Source: Raillietiella orientalis
Taxonomy: Eukaryota
Length of the DNA stretch: 64,000 nt
Direction of reading: 5' to 3'
Assembly: GCA_036172245.1 (NCBI GenBank)
Contig: JAYWIR010000062.1
Span: forward strand, 124,001 to 188,000
In this document: positions 33,901-45,064 of the stretch, piece by piece
Layout: every line of letters begins with the position of its first letter
Position numbering within the stretch: position 1 is the first letter of the stretch
The notes under the pieces: model-generated
The model's database searches: none
What the model saw: the letters and a program-made list of their open reading frames with translations, nothing else
What the model was told of the DNA's origin: nothing
Program-made: the position numbers and the translations under genes

Positions 33901-36900
33901 CCTCGGCTTATCCCATGTCACGGCCCGAAGTCGTGGCGTGACATGGGCTTCGCCAAGTGTCTGCTTCCTCGTATGGGAAGGTGGACGCCATTCGCCATCC
34001 ACCATTCCTCCCTCCTGCCATCCGCCCGTCTGGCTGCTGACGAAGCCCCGCAACCTTTCCCGCCCTCGTGAGGTGGGATGGCGGGGATGGGAGAAGTCCC
34101 CAGGGAGTGGCCGCGGACCTCATCCGGGTCGGAGGCGTATCCCGCGGAGTCGGTCTCGCCCCGTGCCCACGGCCGCCGGAGAAGGGGCTCCTCCGGGTGG
34201 GAAGGACCTACCGTGTGGATCATGCAGGACAGGATGGTGGCCTTGACGCTGGCGTCCCTGACTATCTGATGGATGAGGTGCTTATCGTGGTGGTGGATGT
34301 GGAAACTCTGGACCAGCCCGCCAGTCGTGTCCTGCAGGGCCCGCGTCAGCGACCCCGGCGCCAGGTTCTCGTAGTTGCCGTAGAACCTGCAGGGGACCGC
34401 AAGAGAACTCTGGCACAGGTGACGCCTCAGGGGGGCAGAGCAGGCAGCGAGGCGATAGAGCAGGGAGCGCCGCGCACCCTTTCTTCCTCCCTCGGGGCTC
34501 CAGGCTCCACCCGGACCGACGGCCTCCCACTGGGGTGCGGCGAGCGGAACCAGTGGAGCGAGGGGGGGAGCGCAGCGCGGAAAAAGGGATCGGGAAGAAG
34601 GTGGGCGACGACTCCCCTTGGCAAGGAGGACGGAACGGGTCCCTTCCCCACGTGGCTTCTCCACTCCTTGTGAGGAACACGAATGAGGAAGGGGGTATGT
34701 CCGGAGGGAGGATGAATAGGCGGGGGAAGAGGTCAGCGAGGCTGTGAGAGGAATGGAGAGTGGAGGAGGGGAGGGGACTTTCAAGAGACATGGGTCCCTG
34801 ACCTGTGGCGACGATAGCGTCGGTATGTAGGTGCGCGGCACGGGGACAGAAAAGGAGAGGAAGGGGGTGAGAAGGGGCGTTGCGGAGCTGGAAACGGTGG
34901 GATTTCTGGAACGTGCAGAGAGAAGAGAATAGAGTAGGGGAGGGCGCTCCGGAAGGTCTGCGATGCTCGCGAGCCCCTGAGAGCCCCTGGCCGCCTCGCG
35001 CTTTCAAGGAGGGTTCTCTCTTCCCTGCTCATTCCCCAGTGCCCCGGAGGGCGGCACTGCCTGCCCTTCCCTCTCCTCCTTCCAGCCGGGGGAGGTAGCA
35101 CGGTGAAGTGCCGGACGGGGAAACACTCCTCTTCTCCCTCTGGGATTCTAGAGGAGTGATGGCAGCAAAGTGAGCGGACCCCGCGCGGGGAGAAATCTTC
35201 CAGGGCGGGTGGGGCTGACCCCGCGCCTCCTCTGCAACCCTCTCGCTGTCGCCGCCACCACCCCTCCACCCTGAGCATCCGGGCTCGCTGGACCTACTTG
35301 GCGTACGCCTTCTCCAGAAGCGCCGGCCAGAACTCGGCGTTGTCCTCCGACTGCAGGTACAGCAGCCGCCCTCCCCTCGTGGGCAGCAGGTCATCCACCA
35401 GCACCTCGACCCAGTCCCCGAACCTCCAGAAGCGGAACCTGTAAGGCAGCAGAGGTCGCAGAGGTCAGGCAATGACGGAGAAGGTGGCGGCAAGGCCTCC
35501 AGGGAGCAAGGAAGGAAGTCCCCGTAGGGTACCAGCGGAGGGTACCAGCCGGCCGGCACCCCCTTCCCACTGCTCCGGGGCGGGCCGAAGGTCTGCCGTG
35601 ATCCACCTCCCCGTTAAGACCTTCCTGGGGTGCCAAGCCGCCACGCCCCACGCACCGAAAGATGCCGCAGTACTCCTGATCGAAGGACTGTCCCGAAGGC
35701 ACCACTCTCTCCAGCAACTTCGGGGTGTCCACGAGGATGGTGATGCATGCCAGCAGCCAGCGGTCGCCATGGTCTCCCTGGACGGCGTTGCACCTCAGCA
35801 GCTCCTCGCGTCGGAAGCGCGGGCGGGGGCAGATTTCCTGGAAGAGCACACGGGGCCGCGGTGAGGCCGTCGCCACGGAGATCGGAAACCACCCCCCCGG
35901 CCCCTCCTCTGACCTTCCCCGGTCCGGCTGGAGGCGGAAGTCGGCACTCCCAGAGCGTCCACTTTCCTTCCCGGATACCAGGGCGCACCAGCGCTGACAG
36001 CGACCGCCACGGCCCGGAGAGGAGGCGGCCGAGGGGAAGGAGGGAGGGGGGAGAAGCACCCGCGCTGCAGGAAGCCACCTGGAGCCACTCCATCCGCGAG
36101 GCGCGGGCGCGCCCGGCAGGTGAGGGCAGCGACCTCTCGGCCGCAGCCGCCGGGACCGCTGATTCGCTTGCCTTGACAAGGCGAGAGGGGCTGCCGACCT
36201 AGGAGGGGTCCCCCCGATCCGCCTTCCAACCCCTCCCCAGCTTCCATCAGGACTCCCTGTCGGCATGCGAAGAGCCCCGAAGGGGACGGGGACGGGGTGG
36301 GATGGACGAAACTCCTAGAAAGGGCGGGAGCGGAAGGGCACTCCACGCTCGCGAAGGGGAAGGGAGAGGACCTACCGTCCGGGAAGGGGGTAGGCAGGTG
36401 AGCGAGAACGCGAAACAAAAGGCGCGCCGTTGTTGGCGCAGGTGCCACCGCCCCTCTTGCCCGCTCGAGGATGGCATCCCAGGCCTTATTCAGGCTCGAG
36501 GATTCAGTCGGAGTGGGAAGGAAAAGGGGTCGCCGCTGTCTTCCCCCAACGGGTCTTCTGAAGTCGGAGACCGACCCCCGAGGGTGACAGCGCCTTCCAC
36601 ACCCTATGCTGCACCGCGTCCTCCCGGGCTCCTTCGAGAAGAGTCCGTCCGTCCAGGAGAGTAGGTGACTGCCGGGATCTTCCCCATCATGGACATGGGT
36701 GGGTGCCCGGGAAGGGAACCGCCCCGAAGAGACTCGAGGGAGGTTCGCAGAGCTGCCGCCGCTCCCGGGGACGCATGCCCTGTTCGTAGGGACAGAGAGA
36801 AACCCAAGGGCGGGAGAGTGAGCTACAGGGCTCTCTGAGAGAAGAGGCAGAGGAGGGGACCGTTGACCGGTCCCCTGTGTGCTCCGCCCACTCCCGAACC

Positions 36901-37469
36901 TGACCGGAGCCCGCAGCCAAGCAACGAGGTTCCCGTGCCCTCGAAGGGAGAGCAACGAGGAGGCCCCTCTCCTTGCTTGAAGGGCCCTGAAGCGGGGGAA
37001 GGGGATCCAGAGAGGCACGGGAGGAGCTGACCAGGAGCGACTGAGCCAGCGCCGGCGGTGGCGGCTGCCGACCTCATCCTCCCCTCCACTCGCCCGTAAG
37101 GGAGAGTCCACTGATGTCCCCCGCCGCCTTTTCAGATCCGCATAGACCCCGGAGCGTGATCATTGTAAGCGGGAGAGCAGGGGGGTGCTTCCGGCCTGCG
37201 TACGGGACCCATCCCCTCCCAAGTTCTGAAGATCTCGCATGCGGCGGTGGTGGCAGCCCCTGCGGTGCCTCGGGGTGGATCAGGGCGCAACTCACGTGAG
37301 GTCGGAGCCAGACGGGCGGGTGAGATGGAGTCTTCCTGCGAAGGTACAAGGAGGAGCTGGCTGGTGGGAACTCGGGGTCGTCGAACAGGGTGTTAGCTTC
37401 CAGGCACCGGCGTACGTGGGCGGCGTACTGAGACTTACAACCGCGCGTCCCGACCTCTCTTTCCAGCAT
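30951..37469 (-). CDS. CalpC: Calpain-C-type catalytically inactive calpain, ~667 aa
   Basis: 15 frame-consistent exons: 37469-37296, 35837-35656, 35438-35298, 34386-34212, 33722-33469, 33407-33235, 33091-32904, 32723-32566, 32420-32357, 32287-32200, 32111-32053, 31712-31644, 31591-31396, 31098-31043, 30977-30951 (2004 nt). Motifs: LFDDPEFPP, VWLRPHEI, FRFRFWRFGDWVEVLVDDLLPT, EFWPALLEKAYAK, NPQF, and the CalpC-like C-terminus SSYDLRSMLWEAGVTVSNKVLECL...RYHSMD..NPLSLEEVILMTIYS. The start Met is uncertain because an upstream exon is possible. Confidence 0.93.
31713..32052 (-). other. Intron with U12-type (minor spliceosome) 5' splice site, GT-AG subtype
   Basis: The donor reads GAC|GTATCCTT (32052-32045), the U12 consensus, and lies immediately before the 69-nt EF-hand exon. 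The branch region upstream of the AG (ttcctttgctcaatgacttccag) only partly matches TCCTTAAC. Confidence 0.7.
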
Positions 37470-39599
37470 CCAGCATCTGGAACGATGGACTACGCGATCT
37501 GCAGGAGCAGGAGAGCGCGCAGCTGGCCCTCCCGGCCCGAAGAGCAACCCGGGAGTGAGAGCCCCGGAAGGAGGGGGGAAGGAAAGGGAAAGAGTAGGAG
37601 GGGCCAACCTCTCCCCGACGAGGGGAGGAAGCGCCGGAGTGGAGCTGCCCACCCGTCTCATCCTCCCTCACATCCACTCGGGGGTTGCAGCGCGGGAGGT
37701 TCGCCGGCGCGTCCGGTGGCGCAGACGCTGCGGACTCAGGGCGGAGTCTCCCCTGCAGGCTGGGGGCCGCCTCCCGAAGGAGGGGAATTTCCTTGAGCGG
37801 CCCCTCCTTCTCGGCTCTCCCCTGAAAGCTCCAATGCCAGCCGGAAGCGCTCGCGACCCCCCGCCCGCCACTCGCGGGTGGCGCCGGCAGGCTCAGACGA
37901 AGTCGGAACGGCGGCAGCCAACGACGTTCCCTTCGCTCCCCCTGCCCGCGGGCGAGGGATGGGCGGCGGGAACGATCCTCCTCCCCCCTCCCCTTTCTCT
38001 CGCGGAGGGGAGTGGAACAGCAGCGGACAGAGCAGGAAGGGGTGTGTCTCCCCAGCTCCTCCTCTCCCCCCCCCCCTTCAGGCCCTCCCGGCTCACGTCG
38101 CGTCCGTCGCCATGTGTCCTCATGATCAACGCGGCAGCTCCGGGCTGGTGGTCGTCGTCGTCGTCCAGGGCTACGGCAGAACGGCCGCCGTCGCGAGTCT
38201 GCAACGAGAGGGGAAATGAGGAGGTCATCGCCCCAGGGCGCCTGCAAGGCGACGCGCGAGCGAGCGCGCGCGGAAACCGCTGCTCTCCGGATGCAGGAAG
38301 GGAGGAAGGGGGAGAATCTTGGGGTGCGGCGAGCGACCCCCCCTCAACCTCCCTCCCCCCTTCCCCTGCGCTCCTTTTCCACCTCGCAGCCGCCGAGGCG
38401 GGCAGGAAGGGGGTAGGGGAGGGGGCGATGCCTTTGCGACGGCGCTCCACCTCCACCTCTGCGGGCGGGCGGACGGTTGCCGACTGACGGGCGCTGAGGC
38501 GGCAGGGATATCGAGGAAGGGGCGTCCGGCGTCCGGCGAGGGGATGGAGAGGGAGGAGGAGTTCGGGGGAAGGCGTTCTGCGCCCGTTGGCCGACTCGCC
38601 GCCTTCTGACGAACCCCCCAGGCTAACCCGCGGGCGTATCCGAGCGGCGGGGTGGCGGCGGGCGAGGAGCGGACGGGGAGGGAAGGATGTGGCGACGGCC
38701 GCGGGGGCGGGCGGGCGCAGACCTTGAAGGAGAGCGCCGTCCAGCTTCCGCCGCACCGATCCGAGCTCGGAGACGGCGTTCATCCGCCCATGGCCACCGC
38801 CATCCTGACGACCGGAGGATTTCCCAACGGACTTCCCGTTGCCAGTCACCCGGATACCCGCGTCCGGGCTGCTGCGGAAGAAGGAGGGGGAGCCTAGGGT
38901 GGATCGCAGACCAGAGGCGCGGACCGGAGACATCCTCCGCGAGAGGGGGGGGAACGCTCAGACCTCGGAACCCTCCGCTCTCCTTCCGACCCCTCTAGGG
39001 GTCTCCCAGTTGACGACCGGTTTCCTGCCGGGGCGGGGCCGCCCACCGGTAGCCCCGCCCAGGAGGAGGGGCTCGTCCGCGCTTCCCGCCCATCGCGCGG
39101 GGCTGGGAAGCTCGGGGGGAGGGATGTTGAGAGTAGGGGACTCCTGAGAAGGGGGAGGGACCTTCTTTCTGTTCCTCTCGCTCCTTCGGTCTTCGAGAGG
39201 GGCCTTCACCATTCCCGGACCACTCTTCCCGATGGGAGAGTTCGATGGGAGGGGAGGGAACCTTCCTCCATCGCTCCCTGCCCCCGCCTCCGCGGGAGAC
39301 AGGGGTCAGGAGGATCCTCACCCCATGCTTACCCCTTCTTGGAGGCAGGGAGGATCCGGGGGACGACCGCACGAAGGACGTCGGAAGGAAGGACAGTGAC
39401 CCGGAGCAGACGAAGGTCAGCGTGCGCCGCGGATAGTTAGCGGAACAACCAGCCTCGGCAGGGCCCAGCTGACCCTATGGGGTAGGTGGAGGGTCCCGAA
39501 ATCCCTTCGGGAGGAGTTTAATTGGCATCTCTCGGGGGATGGCGTACAGTTGGGGAGAAGGTTGTAGGGGGAGTATCAACCCACCAACTCCAAGGTACC

Positions 39600-39915
39600 A
39601 GATGGTGGGCCTGTCCCTTTGGGGAGGGGGGGATGGCTCCACCTTCACAACCGGAGAGGGGGAATTCCGAGGGGCTCCCCATGATGTCCTGGAAGGACCC
39701 CGGATAAAGGCGGGTCAGCTTCTAATCCCGTCCGGTCAACGGGGACCCCCATCCGTACCGTTACTCCCAGAACCCATGGAGCCAACCAGCCTCATCCTGT
39801 GAAGGGGGGAGGGGCGACTGAAACCCACAACGCACCCCCCATTCCTCAGCGTTGACCCTTCCCTCTCCAGGCGGGATTCGAACCCGCGACGTCTGGCACC
39901 ACGCGCGCGGGGAGA
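39600..39915 (-). mobile_element. tRNA-derived SINE-like element, copy A
   Basis: The minus strand has a perfect T-arm/B-box gcggg-ttcgaat-cccgc (39871-39887). Body blocks (cacaaccggag..ggggaa; tcctggaagga; gccaaccagc; ttcgaacccgc.acg..tgg..ccacgcgcg) recur in the same order at 54640-54910. Boundaries are approximate. Confidence 0.6.
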
Positions 39916-40949
39916 CGGCAGCCGCACGGAAGGCGGTTTCCACGGGAAAAACGTGTGGGAAAAGGGGGGGGGGGAAGCCCTCTTGCTGCTCCGCCCGGCT
40001 GGCGACCAGGCCCACCGCGGTTCCCAGGCACCCCAAGAACTTTCTTTACCTGGCAGCCAGGGATCGGCGCGCCGCGCAGCTTCCGAGTCTCCGAGATGCG
40101 TGCGGGGGCGAGGGGAGGCGTCACGCGGGGATGCGCATGAGGAGGGGAGTCCCCGGAAGACGTCCGCCGCGAAACACCACGCTGCTGCGTTGCTCGGCTC
40201 CGTCCTCGCGCGCGTGGGGTCCGCGACTGATGGCGCCGCCGCGCGGCCGGCCGGCCGGACCGTCCGTCCGTCCGCGAGGAAACGCGCGCACGCTCGCCGG
40301 GGAGGACTCGCCCGCGGACATGCGAGGAAATGTGCGCGCGCCAGCGACGGTTCTTCCCGCGCGGACGGGCCGCGCGCTCGTCTCTCCCGTGGGAAGGCGA
40401 TCGCCCGGGACCTCCTTGGAACGGAACGCCCGCCCGCCCCTCTGTGGCTTCGTCTTTTTTTTTATTTGCCCCTTCGCCTCCCTCTTTCGTTCCCTCGCCT
40501 GTGCGCTCGTGTGAACACGCTATCCACCTGTACTTGAACTTATCTGTCCGGTGGCGCACCGACGGAGTCACCTCGGGAGGCGATCCCTCCCTCGAGGAAG
40601 CGCACCGGTCGCCATGGAACGCGCGGGAGGGAGGCAGGCGGGAAAGGGACGAGGGGGGAGGGGGATGCAGGAAGGGCGATCCGGGAGTGCGGTCCGCCGC
40701 CATATCCCGTGGGCGCTTCCACCCCTCTTCCCATTGCCTGCGCCGCCGCACGGAACGGTGGCGGTGACGGACGGACAACGGCGAAAGCGCGGCGGACGGC
40801 CTCCTCCCGAAAAAAGGACCGCAGCTCCTGCTGGCTCTTGCGGGGACGCACCGCGCGCGGTATAGCGAGGAAACTTTGAATCCTCCCTCCCTCTCTTTGG
40901 AGGACCCGCTGACCAACGTCTTGGAAAGGGCCGCTCGCGAGCGGCGGGT

Positions 40950-41700
40950 CGCACCCGAGTGCAGCGTCACTGGGTGGTCCGCGGAGCAGCGGAATGGGCG
41001 CGGGAGGGGCGTTTCGGCCTCTCCCGTGCCTTCCCCGACAGGCAGGCATCGTCGCAGTACCCTGGGAGATCGGATGCCTATTGCCAAGAAATGCCTGCTG
41101 GTTCAGGATCCTCGGACTGCGTCAGATGCAAGGTGCGACCCCGGGGAGCCCCTTGGGAGCGAGGAGGCTCTCCCGGGCGCACACGCGGCGTTCGCAGCGC
41201 ATCCGGGAATGCGGCACCTGCAGGAGATGGCTGCTCCCGCCGGCCCCGTTGCCAAGACAATAGGATGCGACGCCGCAGCTCCTCGGGCGATCCGCACATC
41301 GCTCTCCTCCCTTTCCCACCTTCGAGTCTGCCCCGGCTGCCCGCCAAACGCTACCTCCCAGCGGACCTGCCGACTAGGATCCCGCCAAAGCGTGTTGTCA
41401 TCGCGACGCGCAGCACCAGGACGCGAGCACCCGGTGGTCCACTTTTGCGGGAGGTCGGCTGTCTGTCTCGAGCGACTCCTGGCGACTCGACGACGCGTGG
41501 GCGTCCCTGTTGCCGGGAGGCGCTTCAAAAACGAAAGGGGAAGTGTGGGCGGGCGCGCCATCCATGTGGAAGCGGCGGGAGCACCGGGAGAGCGGACCCT
41601 CTGAAAGCGATCGCGCCGTGCGATCCGATGAGGCGCGTCCACGTGGACTCTGGACCAGCTCCGGGGAAGCGCATCGCCGAGGGCCCGCAGCGTCGGGAGC
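40950..41700 (+). mobile_element. Highly decayed Gypsy-like LTR retrotransposon pol fragment (RNase H end / integrase start)
   Basis: Frameshifted remnants: GIVAVPWEIG + KCLLVQDPRTASDAR (cf. E.LAVVWAI..F..YL.G..F.V.TD), AHPGMRHLQE (HHCC zinc-binding region), PLKAIAPCDPMRRVHVDSGP (cf. PLQPI....PW.RVH.D..GP). Recognised by eye only. Confidence 0.4.
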
Positions 41701-44700
41701 GGAGATCCGGGGCTGCCAAGGCCGTGGCCCTCCTCGGGGTCGCGGCCCACCGAGGAGGCCGGAAGAGACGTCTCTGGGCGCAACGTGCGCCGCCAGTGGG
41801 GAGAATCGCCAACGAGCCCCCTCGTCCTAGGGAATAGTCTCGGCCGACACTCGCTGAGCTCTTCGGACAGGCCCCGTGGGGCACGGGGCGAGATTGTGAA
41901 ACCGGGTCTCGGCGCCACGTCGGGGCGCGCGGTCGCCCTTCATGGGCGCCGCCGGGAGCGCCTGATTGAGAGCCACCGGGTTAAGGGGCGAGCTGGAGGA
42001 GGCACCGCACACGTTTCCCCTTCCTCGAGGAGCGGGGAACCCCGCGAGGAGAGCGACGGCTCGTCCTGCAGAAGAAAATCCCCATCAGATGAATAGAGCG
42101 AGGGCGGGTCTACACCCGAGTGGACGGAAGAGCGCTGCGGACGCGACCCGCGAACCCTGCAGGCACCGTGACCCCTCCTTGCCCTGGCCGAGTTCGTTCC
42201 ACTTTGCCCGCAGGGCAGCTCGACGGGGGCCGGTGACAGGACCACCTTAAGATTGCAGGCAGCCAGGAGGGGAGCAGGCCAGGGCAAGAGGTCCCGGAGT
42301 GCGGGGAGTCCCGGAGAGGAGTTGGGAAGAGTGCACACAAGGGGCGCACTGCCCCCAGGAGAACTCGCAGCCTCCGACGAAATGGCGCCGCTTCCCTGGA
42401 GCGCCAGGGGAGAAGGAAGGACGAGAGGGAGCGAAATCGAGGTCGTTTCCGCCCACCCAGGAGCTCAGAAACCAGATAGGAATGGCTCTCGGAGTACCTC
42501 GGGCACTCCTACCCCGCCGACCTCCGGCAGGAAATCTGCAAGGGAACGCGGTGGGGAAGGGGGGAGAGACCCTCCTGACGCGGAGCGAGGGAAGAGCACG
42601 TCCCGCGGGAAGAATACATCGCGGCGGTCGCCCTGGGAAAGTGGGAGGGACCGTCACGATTATCGCGGCAGCGCTCCCACGGTTTCCCTGGAGTGGCGGC
42701 CGGAGTGCCGGGTGACCTCTGCAGAGGCCTGTCCGCGTGTGACAAGCGGAGTTTCTCCGAGACGCACCTCACGCCCTCCGGGGCTGGATCGACGGCGGGC
42801 GCTGAAAGGAAGGAGGGGAAAGCCTTCGGTCCTTCGTGGGCCCGTCCCCGCCGCCGGCGAAAAGCCCCTAGGCGATTTTTCCTCCCCCTCTCCCCACCCC
42901 CTCCTTTACTCCACCCCGCCCCCCACATCCCTCTGGGAGCAAGAAGGGCGCGCCCGTCCTCGAGGCGTACGCTCTGGAGGCGGCCTCCAGGACCCCCCTG
43001 AACTGGGAAGCGAGGAAGAAGAAGGCGGCATCGAAGCGAAGTGGGTGTGGGGGAATAGTGGCACGCATCGTCCTCCCTTCACCCCCGGCCTCGATGCCCG
43101 GCTTTCCCCGATATCACCCTTGCCGCCTCTACGAGCGTGCGGCCAGGAGGGGACGGCGATCCCGCCACCCTCGGGCTGACTAACGCGGAAAGGGGAGCAA
43201 GGAAATGACCGCTGCTTCCTGCCCTCCCACGCGCGTTCCCACGTCGGACTGCGCGTCGGGCGTCCTTTCCCCGGGAGGGCTGGGAAAACGGACTCCTGCT
43301 GGGTGGCGCGCGCTCGATCGGGTTGCCCTCGCCACGGTCTCATGCCGCGCCCCGCCTCGGGCGATCTCTCCCGGCGATGGCGCGGAACCGCCGACTCACG
43401 TCACAGGCAGGAGGCGGGGCTCGTTCGCCTCAAGGAAACTGCCCAGCTCCCCCTCCCCCTTCCCTCCAGGTCCTCCTCCTCCAGAATTCGTCATCTTCGC
43501 AAATACCGGGTCCTCCGTCTCGGTGGCGGCGAAGGGGGCCGGCCCCGATTCCCACTCGCCGCGAAGTCGCGCGCGTCCCGCCGCAGCGGTCCGACCACAG
43601 CGACGGGCTCTCGGAACGAGCGCCTCCGTTGCCCCCCCCCCCCCCTCGCGCCTTCATATGGGAACGCGCGCGCGCTTTTTTCTCCTCTCTCTCTCTCTCT
43701 CTGTTCCATCGGCGCGTCACCCACTCGGTCGTGAATACGGAAACGGAAGCGGAGGAGGAGGAGGCGAAACGTTTTTGTACCTCGACGGTTAGACGAGCAG
43801 TCTCTGGCAAAGTCCCCCCCCCCCCAAAAAAAAAAAAAAAAAAAAAAGAGGGAGGGAGGGACAGGATTCCTGTTTCCGAAGAGCACACTCGGGGCGCTGC
43901 AAGATGCAGAGATGGGCTGCACTCGCGGAGCGGAAGGATGGACCAGCGGCAAGCGCACTCACTCTTCGAGAGTCCGCTCCCCCTCCCCCGCGTTCTGCAT
44001 TCTCGATTTTCCACCTGGAAGGAAGGGAGAAAACGAGCGGCCACCTCTCCGCGCCAGGCGGCATCCGTCAGAAGAATTCCTTGGCGACGCTTTCGAAACG
44101 GTATTTAACAGGAGGGGCACCTTAATAGTCACGCTGTGAAATAATCGCCGCAGCGAAAGACCCGCTGGGACGGCTGCAGGCCGGCGGCGAACCGAGGCTG
44201 CCAGAAGCGCGCGCCAAGAGGGGAGGGAGCAGAGGGACACCTCCCCCCTGCGGCCACGATTTCCTCGTGCTCACGTCAGGAAGGGGTGACGCAGCAGCGT
44301 GGAAAAACCGCACGCGACCGGCCAAACGTGCCCCGCACAGCGACGGCTGCGCCGCTGTCATGACAACGAGGTTCTACATGCGGGCTGGCTGCGCTGCAGC
44401 AGGGCGAGGGCCCACCAGAGAATTTCCTAGGAGGGTCGTGGGCAAGGAGGGGAACGGATCCGAGAGCTGGAATTAGTGGATCGGGGGGAAGGCTATTTCT
44501 AGAGCAGCTAACGTGAGGGGCATCAATCAGCTCGCGGATCCTCTGATTAGGGCCGCCACGACGAGGGGCGAAATTACGGTCAAGGCGTGAGCAGAGGGCA
44601 ATATCACAGAGTCCGCCGCGGCGGTGACTGATGAGCGGGTGAGCCCGAGAGGAGCTTCCAGGCGGATGATGGACTCCGAGGACGGAGCGGAGCACGCCGG

Positions 44701-44967
44701 CGCCACCGCCGCTTGTCGCAAGGGCGGGGGGGGAAGGGGGGCCGGAAGGTGAGGTGCCAGCTCCGGCTGATCCGCGCGCCAGAGTGCTGCCGTTACGGGG
44801 GGGGAAGGAACCCTGCCCACCCCGGGCCGCGGGAATTCGAAAGCCCCCGAACGTGTCGGAACGCACCGTCCGGACAGGCGCCGCCGCCGCACCCCTCTCG
44901 CCATGACGTGCGGGAAGCGCACGCCATGTTTGCCTTCTGATGTGCCTTCGCGGACGCCTTCTTCCAT

Positions 44968-44970
<3 letters not shown>

Positions 44971-45006
<36 letters not shown>

Positions 45007-45064
45007 CTACTTGATGTTTTTTTTTTTTTTTTTTTTTTAAAAAAAACAAAAACAAAAACAAAAT
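44971..45064. repeat. (TC)n microsatellite followed by poly-T / poly-A / (CAAAAA)n low-complexity tract
   Basis: Directly visible simple repeats. Confidence 0.9.

Noticed and set aside
39860..39940. Functional tRNA gene
   Set aside because: Only the T-arm is perfect. There is no D-arm or anticodon arm and the acceptor stem is incomplete, so it is treated as a SINE head.
44628..44660. CTGATGAG + stem-loop (cggg-tgag-cccg) resembling a hammerhead ribozyme core
   Set aside because: It is followed by AGAG rather than the required GAAA, and no stem III/NUH was found. The same applies to CTGATGA hits near 16320 (-) and 61322.
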